Notes: a model not told the origin generated them from the letters alone. Positions 7,597 through 17,502 are shown, counted from the stretch's first letter. The stretch is DNA of 60,118 nucleotides from Solirubrobacteraceae bacterium (GCA_035496995.1 DATJEE010000251.1:1-60118), one strand, 5' to 3'. Program-made: numbers and translations.

Positions 7597-8886
7597 ATGC
7601 GCAAGCTGCCCCTCCTCGTCGTGCTCGCGTCGCTCGCGAGCTCCCCGGCCACCGCCCAGGCCGCCGGCTGGTCACATCCGCAGGGCTACACCGCCGGGAC
7701 GCAGTCGTTCGACGAGCCCGTCGCGCGCGTCGCCGTGGCCGAGGACGGCACGAGCATCGCGACCTTCGCGAAGGACCGCGATCTCTATGCCGTCACCGGC
7801 GATCGGCGCGGGCGCTTCTCGGCCCCGCGCAAGCTCGGGCGCTGGGCCTCGATCACGAGCGTCGTCGCGGCGGGACGCGGCGGCGCGGCGCTGGCCGCCT
7901 GGGAGGGCCCCGGCGGTCTCCACGTCGCCGTGCGCACGCGCGCGGGCCGGCGACTGCGGACGCGGCTGCTCGTCTCCTCGACCGCCCAGGCCATCAACGA
8001 CCTCGCGGTCGTCCACGACCCGCGCGGCGGCTGGTTCATCCTCGAGCACGAGTTCTCCGACAAGACGCACCACGACCGCGTGCGCGGCCTCACCCTGAAG
8101 GCCGACGGCACGCTCGCGCTGTCGCCGCAGATCCTCGGCGCGGGCTCGTTCGGCGCGGACGCCAACCCGGTCCGGGCGCTCGCCGTCGACGACCGCGGCG
8201 ACGCGACCGCGATCTTCTCCACGCCGACCGGGCCGGTGACGGCGCAGAGCGTGCACGCCGGGCACTTCGGCCCGCGCCACCCGTTCGGCGACGCCGCGAC
8301 CACGGCCGCGCGCGTGACCGCCCCGCGCAGCAGCGTCGACGGCGCCCTCGTCGCCGCGACGAGCACCCGCGACTGCGGCGACGCGGGCTGCTTCGGCCAG
8401 CCGGTCGCCGCGCGCGTCACGCCGCAGGGAGACGCGCCGGCGTTCCAGGTCCCGGTCATCGAGCACCCCGGCCGCGCCTTCGGCCCCTCGATCGCGCCGC
8501 TGGGCCCGGGCGCCGCCGCGCTCGTCTTCTCGCTGAAGGACGGGCCGAGCGCGTTCAGCAGGCTCGCGCCGGTCAAGGCCGTCGTCCTCCGCGACGGCGC
8601 CAGGCCCGGGCCGCTCCAGACGCTCACGACGAAGAACGCGAGCGAGCCGATCGCGGCGACGCTCAGCCGCTCGCGGGTGCTCGTCCTGTGGAGCGGCGCG
8701 CGCGGCTTCGGCACGGCGATCGCCGGGCCGGACGGGATCTTCCACAAGACCGCGCAGCCGCCGGGCCCGCCGCCCGAGCCCTACCACACCAATCCGACGA
8801 ACCGCGCGATCTCCACCGCCGGCCCGTACGCGCTCGTCGGCTGGTCGCGCGCGGGCCGGGTCCGGCTGAGCCTCCGGCGCTTCTGA
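7597..8886 (+). CDS. exported protein of unknown function (repetitive beta-strand-rich, possibly propeller-like)
   Basis: Clear signal peptide MRKLPLLVVLASLASSPATAQA. The frame has G/C-rich third positions. No family recognised. Confidence 0.65.
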   Translation: MRKLPLLVVLASLASSPATAQAAGWSHPQGYTAGTQSFDEPVARVAVAEDGTSIATFAKDRDLYAVTGDRRGRFSAPRKLGRWASITSVVAAGRGGAALAAWEGPGGLHVAVRTRAGRRLRTRLLVSSTAQAINDLAVVHDPRGGWFILEHEFSDKTHHDRVRGLTLKADGTLALSPQILGAGSFGADANPVRALAVDDRGDATAIFSTPTGPVTAQSVHAGHFGPRHPFGDAATTAARVTAPRSSVDGALVAATSTRDCGDAGCFGQPVAARVTPQGDAPAFQVPVIEHPGRAFGPSIAPLGPGAAALVFSLKDGPSAFSRLAPVKAVVLRDGARPGPLQTLTTKNASEPIAATLSRSRVLVLWSGARGFGTAIAGPDGIFHKTAQPPGPPPEPYHTNPTNRAISTAGPYALVGWSRAGRVRLSLRRF

Positions 8887-8891
8887 CGGTC

Positions 8892-8984
8892 CTAGAAGCC
8901 GACCGCGATCGCCATGACGATGATCGCCACGACGCCGACCGTGCACAGGACCGCACCAAGGAGCTCCAACGGATTGACTTTCAT
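8892..8984 (-). CDS. candidate 30-aa hydrophobic micro-protein (MKVNPLELLGAVLCTVGVVAIIVMAIAVGF)
   Basis: Not in the ORF track (too short). ATG 8984-8982 is preceded on the minus strand by GAGGGGAACGTC (Shine-Dalgarno-like). There is a single TM helix and a TAG stop at 8894-8892. Confidence 0.25.
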   Translation of the reverse strand: MKVNPLELLGAVLCTVGVVAIIVMAIAVGF

Positions 8985-9164
8985 GACGTTCCCCTCTGTT
9001 AGCTGTGAGCGCTACCCCCGACAGCAGTGGCTCCCCCACCGCTGTGCGCATCGTAAGACCCTGCGCGGCGCAGTGTGCCAGATGGCGCGCGACAACTCCT
9101 GAGGCGGCGCCGTTCACACAGCGTTCATCGTCGGGACGCGGCCGGGAAACCGCGCTCGCGCACG

Positions 9165-12100
9165 ATGGTCTCGGTGCAGACCACCCCGACCCAGTGCCCG
9201 TACTGCGGCGTCGGCTGCGGCCTGCTCGCCGACGTCGAGGACGGGCGGCTCGTCGGCGTCCGCGGCGACAAGATCCATCCCGCCAACCGCGGGCGCACCT
9301 GCCGCAAGCCGCTCGGCCTGCCGTTCGCCGTCCACGCGCCCGACCGCGCGACCGTCCCGCTCTGGCGCGCCGAGCGCGACGCGCGCTTGGAGCCCACCGG
9401 CTGGGACGACGTCCTCGGCACGCTCGCCGGCCGCATCCGGGCGATCGTCGACGAGCACGGCCCAGACGCGATCGCGTTCTACATCTCCGGCCAGCTGCTG
9501 ACCGAGGACTACTACGCGATCAACAAGCTCGCGAAGGGCTTTCTCGGGACCAACAACGTCGACTCCAACTCGCGCCTGTGCATGTCCTCGGCGGTCGCGG
9601 GCTACAGCGGCGCGTTCGGCTTCGACGGCCCGCCGCCGGCCTACGAGGATCTCGCGCACGCCGACTGCCTGCTCCTGCTCGGGACGAACACCGCGGCCTG
9701 CCACCCGATCGTCTGGTCGCGCATCCGCGACCGCCAGGCCGAGGGCGCGTTCGTCATCTGCGCCGACCCGCGCGAGACGCAGACCGCGCGCGGCGCCGAC
9801 CTGCACCTGCCGGTGCGCCCGGGCACCGACCTCGCGCTGCTCAACGCGCTGCTGCACGTCATCGAGCGCGACGGCCTGCTCGACGAGCGCTTCGTCGCCC
9901 GTCACACGACCGGCTGGGAGGAGTGCATCGCCGTCGCGCGCGCGTGGACGCCGGAGAGCGCCGCGATCGTCTGCGGCGTCAGCGCGGAGCTCATCGAGCA
10001 GGCCGCGCGGCGCTTCGCGGGCGCGGGTGCGGCGATGGCGCTGTGGTCGATGGGCGCCAACCAGTCGACGGTCGGCACGCTGAAGAACCGCGCGCTGATC
10101 AACCTCTGCCTTGCGACGGGGCAGATCGGCCGCCCGGGCACCGGGCCGCTGTCGCTCACCGGCCAGCCGAACGCCATGGGCGGGCGCGAGACCGGCGGCC
10201 TGGCGCACCTGCTGCCGGGCTACCGCAAGGTCGTCGAGGCGACCGACCGCGCGGCGATGGAGGCGCATTGGGGGCTGCCGGCCGGCCGCATCTCGGCCAA
10301 TCCCGGGCTGCCGGCCGTCGCGCTCTTCGAGGCGCTCGAGGCGGGGACCGTGAAGGCCGTCTGGATCATGGCGACGAACCCGCTCGTCTCGCTGCCCGAC
10401 GCCCAGCGCGCGCGCGCCGCGCTCGAGCGCGCCGAGCTCGTCGTCGTCCAGGACCCGCACCACCCGACCGAGACGTCGTCGCTCGCCCATGCCGTCCTGC
10501 CCGCGGCCGCCTGGCCCGAGAAGGAGGGCGCGATGACGAGCTCCGAGCGGCGGATCGGGCTCGTGCGGCGCGCGATCGCGCCGCCGGGCGAGGCGCGCCC
10601 GGACTGGCAGATCGTCGCCGCGCTCGCGGCGAAGCTCGGCTTCGGCGACGCGTTCGGGTGGCCCGACGCGGCGGCGGTGTTCGACGAGTTCGCCGCCTGC
10701 ACCGCGGGGCGGCCATGCGACCTCACGGGCGTCTCGCACGCGCGCCTGCGCCAGACGGGCGGCCTGCAGTGGCCCTGCCCGGCGGTCGCGATCGGCGACC
10801 CGCACCCCGGCACGCCGCGGCTGTACGCCGACCACCGCTTCCCGACGCCCGACCGCCGCGCCCGCTTCGCCCCGACGCCGCACGCCGCGCCCGCCGAGAC
10901 GCCCGACCCCGACTTCCCGCTGCTGCTGACGACCGGCCGCGTCGCCGACCAGTGGCACACGATGACGCGCACCGGGCACTCGCCCGCGCTGCGCGCGTCG
11001 GCCGGCGCGCCGCTGCTCTCCTGCCACCCACTCGACGCGCATGCCGCCGGCATCGCCGACGGAGCCCTGGCGCGGATCGTCTCGCGCCGGGGCGAGTTGC
11101 GCCTCGCCGTGACCTGGGACGACACCCTCCCGCGCGGCGTCGCCTTCGCGCCCTTCCACTGGGGTCACCTGCACGCCGCGCCCGGCGCCGGCGCGCTCAA
11201 CGCGCTGACGATCGCCGCCGTCGACCCGACCTCGGCCCAGCCGGAGCTCAAGGCCCTCGCCGTGCGACTGGAGCCCGTCCGCCGCCGCGACGAGCCGGTG
11301 CGCCGCCGCGCGCCGGCGCGCCCGCGGCGCCTCGTCGTCGTCGGGACCGGCATGGCCGGCCTGGCCGTCGTCGAGGAGGCGCTGCGCCGGCGCCCGGCGA
11401 AGGACTGGCGGATCACGATGCTCGGCGAGGAGCCGGGCCCGGCCTACAACCGCGTCCTGCTCTCCAAGCTGCTCGCGCGCACCTGCGGGCCCGGCGAGCT
11501 CGAGCTGCGACCGCTGTCGTGGTACCGGGCGCACGAGGTCGACCTGCGCGGCGGCTGCGGCGCGGCGGCGCTCGACCTCGACGGCCGGCGCGTCGTCGAC
11601 GAGGCGGGCGAGCACCATCCCTACGACGAGCTCGTGATCGCCACCGGGTCGCGCCCGTTCATGCCGCCGATTCCCGGCGCCGACCTCCCCCACGTCGACG
11701 CCTTCCGCACCTGGCGCGACGCGGACGCGCTCGCCGCCTCGCCGCCCGGCACGACGACGGTCATCGTCGGCGGCGGACTGCTCGGGCTCGAGGCCGCCGC
11801 CGGGCTGCGGGCCTGCGGCGCGCGGGTGACGGTGGTCGAGCTCGCCGACCGGCTCATGGGCCAGCAGCTCGACGCCGGCGCGGCCGCGACGCTGCGCCGC
11901 GCGCTCGAGGCGCAGGGCATGACGTTCGTCCTCGGACGCAGCGCCGCGCGCATCGAGCGCGAGCGCGTCGTGCTCGACGACGGCGGCGAGCTTGCCGCGA
12001 CCCGCGTCGTCGTCGCCGCGGGCGTGCGCGCGGAGACGACGCTCGCGCGCGCGGCGGGGATCGCCTGCAACCGCGGCATCGTCGTCGACGACGCGCTGCG

Positions 12101-12704
12101 CACGAGCGCGCCGGCCGTCTGGGCCGTCGGCGAATGCGCCGAGCACCGCGGCACGGTCTACGGCCTCTGGGCCCCGCTCGCCGAGCAGGCGCGCGTCGCC
12201 GGCGCGGGCGTCGCCGGCGATCCGGGCGCGTTTCGCGGGGCGGTCCAGGTGACGACGCTGAAGGTCAGCGGCGTCGACGTCTACGCCGGGGGCGCGTCGG
12301 CGGCGGCGATCGGCGACGGGCACGACGAGATCGTCCACAGCGACACGCGGCGCGGCGTCTACTCGCGGCTCGTCCTCGACGGCGAGCGGCTCGTCGGCTC
12401 CTCGCTCGTCGGCGACGCCAGCGGCGCGCGGCGCATGTCCGAGCTGCTGCGCAGCGGCGAGCCGGTCCCGCCGGACCTGCTCGGCGGCGGCGTCGCCTCC
12501 GCCGCGCCGATCGTCCTGGACCCCGCGACGACCCTGTGCTCCTGCAACGACGTCACCGTCGGCGAGGTCCAGGCCGCGATCCGCCGCGACGGGCTGAGCA
12601 CCGTCGCCCAGGTCGGCCGGCGCACGCGCGCGACGACCGGCTGCGGCAGCTGCGCGACCGACGTGCGGGCGCTGCTGGCGCGCGCCGCGGCCGGCGAGAG
12701 CTGA
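9165..12704 (+). CDS. assimilatory nitrate reductase (molybdopterin catalytic domain) fused to a NAD(P)H-flavin reductase domain and a BFD-like [2Fe-2S] domain
   Basis: N-terminal 4Fe-4S motif CPYCGVGCG...GRTC and molybdopterin oxidoreductase blocks (NSRLCMSSAVAGY, GTNTAACHP, SLTGQPNAMGGRE). From about residue 715 there is a Rossmann/FAD block (RLVVVGTGMAGLAVVEEAL). The C-terminal BFD-like motif is CSCNDV...GCGSC. Confidence 0.9.
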   Translation: MVSVQTTPTQCPYCGVGCGLLADVEDGRLVGVRGDKIHPANRGRTCRKPLGLPFAVHAPDRATVPLWRAERDARLEPTGWDDVLGTLAGRIRAIVDEHGPDAIAFYISGQLLTEDYYAINKLAKGFLGTNNVDSNSRLCMSSAVAGYSGAFGFDGPPPAYEDLAHADCLLLLGTNTAACHPIVWSRIRDRQAEGAFVICADPRETQTARGADLHLPVRPGTDLALLNALLHVIERDGLLDERFVARHTTGWEECIAVARAWTPESAAIVCGVSAELIEQAARRFAGAGAAMALWSMGANQSTVGTLKNRALINLCLATGQIGRPGTGPLSLTGQPNAMGGRETGGLAHLLPGYRKVVEATDRAAMEAHWGLPAGRISANPGLPAVALFEALEAGTVKAVWIMATNPLVSLPDAQRARAALERAELVVVQDPHHPTETSSLAHAVLPAAAWPEKEGAMTSSERRIGLVRRAIAPPGEARPDWQIVAALAAKLGFGDAFGWPDAAAVFDEFAACTAGRPCDLTGVSHARLRQTGGLQWPCPAVAIGDPHPGTPRLYADHRFPTPDRRARFAPTPHAAPAETPDPDFPLLLTTGRVADQWHTMTRTGHSPALRASAGAPLLSCHPLDAHAAGIADGALARIVSRRGELRLAVTWDDTLPRGVAFAPFHWGHLHAAPGAGALNALTIAAVDPTSAQPELKALAVRLEPVRRRDEPVRRRAPARPRRLVVVGTGMAGLAVVEEALRRRPAKDWRITMLGEEPGPAYNRVLLSKLLARTCGPGELELRPLSWYRAHEVDLRGGCGAAALDLDGRRVVDEAGEHHPYDELVIATGSRPFMPPIPGADLPHVDAFRTWRDADALAASPPGTTTVIVGGGLLGLEAAAGLRACGARVTVVELADRLMGQQLDAGAAATLRRALEAQGMTFVLGRSAARIERERVVLDDGGELAATRVVVAAGVRAETTLARAAGIACNRGIVVDDALRTSAPAVWAVGECAEHRGTVYGLWAPLAEQARVAGAGVAGDPGAFRGAVQVTTLKVSGVDVYAGGASAAAIGDGHDEIVHSDTRRGVYSRLVLDGERLVGSSLVGDASGARRMSELLRSGEPVPPDLLGGGVASAAPIVLDPATTLCSCNDVTVGEVQAAIRRDGLSTVAQVGRRTRATTGCGSCATDVRALLARAAAGES

Positions 12705-12771
12705 TGGGCACCGAGCGCGTTCATCGCCTGGAAACATCCGCGGCACGGTCGCGAAACCCGCGTCCGCAACG

Positions 12772-15198
12772 ATGCGCGGCATGAGCGGCGCGATCGTGAT
12801 CGTCGGTGGGGGGATCGCCGGCCAGGCGGTCTGCGAGGCGGTGCGCGAGCGCGATCGCGACGTCGCCATCACCCTCGTCTGCGCGGAGCCGTGCGCGCCC
12901 TACGACCGCGTCCGGCTGTCGGAGATCCTCGTCTCGGGCGAGGACCCGCAGACGCTGCAGCTGCGCCCGCCGGAGTGGTACGACGACCACGACGTGACGC
13001 TGCTCGTCGGCCGGATGGTCACGTGGGTCGACCACGAGCGCGGCGTCCTGGGCCTCGACGACACCGACGAGCTGCACTTCGGCCGGCTCGTGCTCGCGAC
13101 CGGTTCGCAGCCGCTCATGCCGCCGATCCCCGGCATCGACCTGGCCGGCGTGCACCCCTTCCGCGGCCCCGCGGACTGCGACGCGATCCGCGGCGCCGCG
13201 CTCGCCGGCGATGCCAGGCGCGCCGCCGTCATCGGCGGCGGCCTGCTCGGCCTCGAGGCCGCCCGCGGCATCGCCGCGCAGGGCTGTGCCGTGACCGTCG
13301 TGCATCTCCTCGACCGGCTCATGGAGCGCCAGCTCGACGCCGGCGCCTCGGCGCTGCTCGCCCCCGCCCTGACCGGCCTCGACATCGACGTCGAGTTCGA
13401 CCGCAACACCCAGCAGATCATCGGCCCCGACCGCGCGCACGGCCTGCGCTTCACCGACGGCTCCGAGCTGCAGGCCGACCTCGTCGTCGTCTCGATCGGC
13501 ATCCGGCCCGAGACGACGCTCGCGCGCACGATGGGCATCGTCTGCGACCGCGGGATCATCGTCGACGACGCGATGCGCACGAGCATCCCGAGCGTCGTCG
13601 CGGTCGGCGAGTGCGCGCAGCACCGCGGCATCGTCTACGGGCTCGTCGCGCCGATCCACGACCAGGCCCGCGTCGCCGCCCAGACGCTGCTCTCCCAGGA
13701 CGCCGCCTACCTCGGGTCGGTCATGAGCGCGAAGCTCAAGGTCGCCGGGATCGACCTCGTCTGCGCGGGCCAGGCCGTCGGCGAGTACGAGGCCGTCGTC
13801 ACCGACGCGGCGACCGGCGTCTATCGCAAGCTCACCGTGAGCGGCGGGCGGATCGTCGGCACCGTGCTGCTGGGCGACACGCGCGGCTCGGAGGCGCTCG
13901 TCGCGGCCGTGCGGGCCGGCGACCTCGTCGACGACCCGCTGCAGGCGCTCGCCGACGCCTCGCTCGCGGGCCCCGCCGACCTCCCCGACAGCGCCCAGAT
14001 CTGCGACTGCAACGGCGTCTGCAAGGGCGCGCTCGTCGCGGCCGTCACCGAGGGCGGCTGCGCGACGCCGCGCGAGGTCATGGCCGTCACGCGCGCCGGG
14101 ACCGGCTGCGGCTCCTGCCGCCCGGCGGTCGTCGAGATCGTCGCCGCCGCGACCGGCGGCCTGAGCGACGAGCCCGCCTACCTCTGCCCGTGCCGCAAGC
14201 AGACGCGCGAGCAGCTCGCCGCGCGGATCCGCGCCGACGGCCTGCAGTCCGTCAGCGAGGTCGCCAACGCCTGCGGCACCGGGCGCGAGTGCGGCACCTG
14301 CAAGCCCGCGCTCGCCTACCTCGTCTCCGAGGTCTGCGCCAACACGCATCGCGAGGAGCGCGACGCGCGCTTCATCAACGACCGCGTCCACGCCAACATC
14401 CAGCGCGACGGGACGTTCTCCGTCGTCCCGCGGATGTACGGCGGCGTCTGCACGCCCGACGAGCTGCGCCGGATCGCCGACGTCGCCGACAAGTACGAGG
14501 TCCCGCTCGTGAAGGTCACCGGCGGCCAGCGGCTGGACCTGCTCGGCGTGCGCAAGCAGGACCTGCCGGCGATCTGGCGCGACCTCGACATGCCCTCCGG
14601 CCACGCCTACGCGAAGGCCGTCCGCACGGTGAAGACCTGCGTCGGCACCGACTTCTGCCGCTTCGGCCTCGGCGACGCGATCGGCCTCGGCATCGAGATG
14701 GAGAAGCTCTGGGAGGGGCTGCACACGCCGCACAAGGTCAAGTCGGGCGTCTCGGGCTGCCCGCGCAACTGCGCGGAGGCGACGGTGAAGGACATCGGCT
14801 GCGTCGCGGTCGAGGGCGGCTGGCAGGTACGCGCCGGCGGCGCGGCCGGCGGCAACGTCCGCGAGGCGGACATCATCGCGACGGTCGCGACGCGCGCCGA
14901 GGCGCTGCGGGTCGCGACGACGTTCCTGCAGTACTACCGCGAGAACGCGGACTACAAGGAGCGCACGTACGACTTCATCCCGCGCGTCGGCCTCGAGCAC
15001 GTGCGCGAGGTCGTGCTCGGCGAGCAGAGCGGCGCCGCGCTGCGCGAGCGCCTGCGGATCGCGAAGGCCGCCGTCAAGGACCCCTGGCTGGAGCGCGACG
15101 ATCCGTACCACCCGCGGCAGTTCGAGGACCTCGACGGCGTCGCCGGCGACTCCCGCGAGCCGACGCTCGTCGGCCCGCCCGCGGAGGGCCGGGCATGA
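12772..15198 (+). CDS. nirB: NAD(P)H-dependent nitrite reductase large subunit
   Basis: FAD/NAD motif IVIVGGGIAGQA, two BFD-like motifs (CDCNGVC...GCGSC; CPC...CGTC), and a siroheme/4Fe-4S region (TCVGTDFCRFG, SGCPRNCAE). The start could instead be ATG 12781. Confidence 0.92.
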   Translation: MRGMSGAIVIVGGGIAGQAVCEAVRERDRDVAITLVCAEPCAPYDRVRLSEILVSGEDPQTLQLRPPEWYDDHDVTLLVGRMVTWVDHERGVLGLDDTDELHFGRLVLATGSQPLMPPIPGIDLAGVHPFRGPADCDAIRGAALAGDARRAAVIGGGLLGLEAARGIAAQGCAVTVVHLLDRLMERQLDAGASALLAPALTGLDIDVEFDRNTQQIIGPDRAHGLRFTDGSELQADLVVVSIGIRPETTLARTMGIVCDRGIIVDDAMRTSIPSVVAVGECAQHRGIVYGLVAPIHDQARVAAQTLLSQDAAYLGSVMSAKLKVAGIDLVCAGQAVGEYEAVVTDAATGVYRKLTVSGGRIVGTVLLGDTRGSEALVAAVRAGDLVDDPLQALADASLAGPADLPDSAQICDCNGVCKGALVAAVTEGGCATPREVMAVTRAGTGCGSCRPAVVEIVAAATGGLSDEPAYLCPCRKQTREQLAARIRADGLQSVSEVANACGTGRECGTCKPALAYLVSEVCANTHREERDARFINDRVHANIQRDGTFSVVPRMYGGVCTPDELRRIADVADKYEVPLVKVTGGQRLDLLGVRKQDLPAIWRDLDMPSGHAYAKAVRTVKTCVGTDFCRFGLGDAIGLGIEMEKLWEGLHTPHKVKSGVSGCPRNCAEATVKDIGCVAVEGGWQVRAGGAAGGNVREADIIATVATRAEALRVATTFLQYYRENADYKERTYDFIPRVGLEHVREVVLGEQSGAALRERLRIAKAAVKDPWLERDDPYHPRQFEDLDGVAGDSREPTLVGPPAEGRA

Positions 15199-15512
15199 AC
15201 TACGCCTGCCGCGTCGACGACGTCCCGCGGGGCGAGGGTCGCGCGCTGACCGTCGACGGACGGCGGATCGCGATCTTCCGCTCGGCGGCCGGCTGGTTCG
15301 CGCTCGACGCCGTCTGCCCGCACCGCGGCGGACCGCTCGAGGACGGGATCGTCTGCGACCACGCCGTCATCTGCCCGTTGCACGACCGCCGCTACGACCT
15401 CGCCTCCGGCGCCGCGCTGAGCGGCGGCGAGGGCGTCGTCGCGCACGCCGTCGAGATCCGCGGCGAGCGCGTCTTCGTCGCGCTCGCCACGGCCCAGCGC
15501 CGCGCCGCCTGA
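15195..15512 (+). CDS. nirD: nitrite reductase small subunit (Rieske-like)
   Basis: ATGA overlap with the nirB stop. Rieske-type motifs CPHRGGPL and CPLHDRRY. Confidence 0.9.
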   Translation: MNYACRVDDVPRGEGRALTVDGRRIAIFRSAAGWFALDAVCPHRGGPLEDGIVCDHAVICPLHDRRYDLASGAALSGGEGVVAHAVEIRGERVFVALATAQRRAA

Positions 15513-15565
15513 ACCGGCCGCGCCCGGGTGGCGCGACCCCGGGCGCGTCGTTACTGTGCGCGGCC

Positions 15566-16501
15566 ATGACGCGTCCCGTCCTGCTCGGCATCGTCGGCGA
15601 CTCCGCGTCGGGCAAGACGACGCTCAGCCGGGGGCTCGTGCGCGTCCTCGGCGAGGAGGTCGTCACGCACATCTGCACCGACGACTACCACAAGTACGAC
15701 CGCCGCCAGCGGGCCGAGCGCGCGATCACGCCGCTGAACCCCGACTGCAACTACCTCGACATCATGGCCCAGCACCTGCAGTGCCTGCGCCTCGGCGAGT
15801 CGATCCTCAAGCCCGTCTACCAGCACCACGACGGGACGTTCGGCCCGCTCGTCTACCTGCAGCCGCAGAACTTCACCGTCATCGAGGGGCTGCTCGGCTA
15901 CTACACCGAGGAGATGCGCTCGGCCTACGACGTGCGCGTCTACCTCGACCCGCCCGAGTCGCTGCGGCGCCAGTGGAAGGTCGACCGCGACTGCTCCCAG
16001 CGCGGCTACACGACCGACGAGGTGCTCGCCGACCTCGACCGCCGCGAGCCCGACTCGGCGGCGTTCATCCGCCCGCAGCGACGCAGCGCCGACATCGTCG
16101 TCTGCCGCATGCGCAACCCGGACGACCCGTTCGTCCTCGACGCCGAGCTGTCGCTGCGCGACGGGCTGCGCCATCCCGATCTCACGCCGTTCGTCGAGAT
16201 GAGCAACGGCGAGATCACGCTCACCGAGGGCGACGGCGAGTCCGTCCTCTTCATCCCCGGGACGCTCGAGCGCGAGCGCGCCGCCGCGATCGAGGAGACC
16301 GTCTGGGAGCGGATGCACTTCGCCAGCCACCTGCGCTCCGAGCAGCTCGGCGAGTTCCGGGTCGGCACGGCGGTCCACCGCTCGGAGTCGCTCGCGCTCG
16401 TCCAGCTCGTGATCCTCTTCCACATGACCGTCGCCCGGGCGACCGTCGCACTCGGCGGCGAGCCGGGCGAGGACCGCGCACCCGTCCCCCAGCGCCGGTA
16501 G
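15566..16501 (+). CDS. phosphoribulokinase/uridine kinase family P-loop kinase
   Basis: P-loop GIVGDSASGKTT, followed by CTDDYHKYDR, KPVYQH and VIEGLL blocks typical of the PRK/UDK family. Confidence 0.8.
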   Translation: MTRPVLLGIVGDSASGKTTLSRGLVRVLGEEVVTHICTDDYHKYDRRQRAERAITPLNPDCNYLDIMAQHLQCLRLGESILKPVYQHHDGTFGPLVYLQPQNFTVIEGLLGYYTEEMRSAYDVRVYLDPPESLRRQWKVDRDCSQRGYTTDEVLADLDRREPDSAAFIRPQRRSADIVVCRMRNPDDPFVLDAELSLRDGLRHPDLTPFVEMSNGEITLTEGDGESVLFIPGTLERERAAAIEETVWERMHFASHLRSEQLGEFRVGTAVHRSESLALVQLVILFHMTVARATVALGGEPGEDRAPVPQRR

Positions 16502-16578
16502 ACGAAAGTCCAATGGTGCTTCAGGCGCGCATGAACATAATCTGAAGACCTCCCCCGGTCTGTTCGAAAGAAGGTCCC

Positions 16579-17496
16579 ATGCGCCGCCTGATCGTGCTGC
16601 TGAGCCTGTCGATCCTGGGCGCGGTGCTCGCGCTACCGGCGGCCGCGATGGCCTCGGGCAGCGTCAGCGCACTGAGCATCAACCCGAGCCTGCTCACGGG
16701 CGGGGCGTCCGCGATCGGCACCGTCGACCTCGCCTTCCCCGACCCCGGTCCGACCGTCGTGCGGCTCTCCTCGACGAATCCGTCGGTCGCCCAGGTCCCG
16801 TTCTCGTTCACGATCCCGGCCGGCCAGACGACCGGCACGTTCACGTTGACGACGACCGCCTCCGCGCCCGCCGAGATCGTGCAGATCTGGGCGTGGTCGC
16901 CCGACAACTCGCTGCGGATGTACAACGTCTCCGTCAACCCCGCCCAGCCGGCCGGCAACACCATGACGTCGGTCTCGTTCATCCCGAGCTCGATCGTCGC
17001 CGGCCAGAACGCGACCGGGACGGTGAAGTTCAGCGGCCCGATGCCCGACGGCGCGAACGTCCAGCTGACGAGCAGCAACCCCGCGGTGGCGCAGGTCCCG
17101 CAGGAGACCGTCGTACCGGCCAACACGTCGAGCGCGATCTTCAACCTCTCGACGTCGTCCTCGGTGACCACGGCGACGACCGTCACGATCACGGCGAAGT
17201 GGATCAACGTCACGAAGACGACGACGATCACCGTCGCGCCGGGCACGGCGCCGGCCAAGGATGTCGTGAAGATCACGAAGGCGTCGTGGAGGAGGGGCCT
17301 GCTGACGATCGAGGCGACGAGCACGAACCCCAACGCGATCCTCAGCGTCTACTCGCAGGCCGGCAACTTCATGTTCGACCTCACGAACCGCGGCGGCGGG
17401 CGCTACACCGACCAGCGCGGCTTCATCACGAACCCGATCGCGATCAGCGTGCGCAGCAACTTCGGCGGCTCGGCGAGCGCGAAGCTCACGAACTGA
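16579..17496 (+). CDS. exported protein with tandem Ig-like repeats, unknown function
   Basis: RBS GAAAGAAGG. Signal peptide MRRLIVLLSLSILGAVLALPAAAMA. Repeated modules: SSTNPSVAQVPFSFTIPAGQTTGTFTLTT and TSSNPAVAQVPQETVVPANTSSAIFNLST. Confidence 0.65.
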   Translation: MRRLIVLLSLSILGAVLALPAAAMASGSVSALSINPSLLTGGASAIGTVDLAFPDPGPTVVRLSSTNPSVAQVPFSFTIPAGQTTGTFTLTTTASAPAEIVQIWAWSPDNSLRMYNVSVNPAQPAGNTMTSVSFIPSSIVAGQNATGTVKFSGPMPDGANVQLTSSNPAVAQVPQETVVPANTSSAIFNLSTSSSVTTATTVTITAKWINVTKTTTITVAPGTAPAKDVVKITKASWRRGLLTIEATSTNPNAILSVYSQAGNFMFDLTNRGGGRYTDQRGFITNPIAISVRSNFGGSASAKLTN

Positions 17497-17502
17497 GCGC
17501 GC

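Noticed and set aside
9005-9164. Possible GlnR-type (gTnAc-N6-GaAAc) nitrogen-regulator boxes upstream of the nitrate reductase gene (for example GTTCAC...TTCATC and GGGAC...GGAAAC).
   Set aside because: Only loose partial matches. I cannot distinguish them from chance without a scoring matrix and comparative data.
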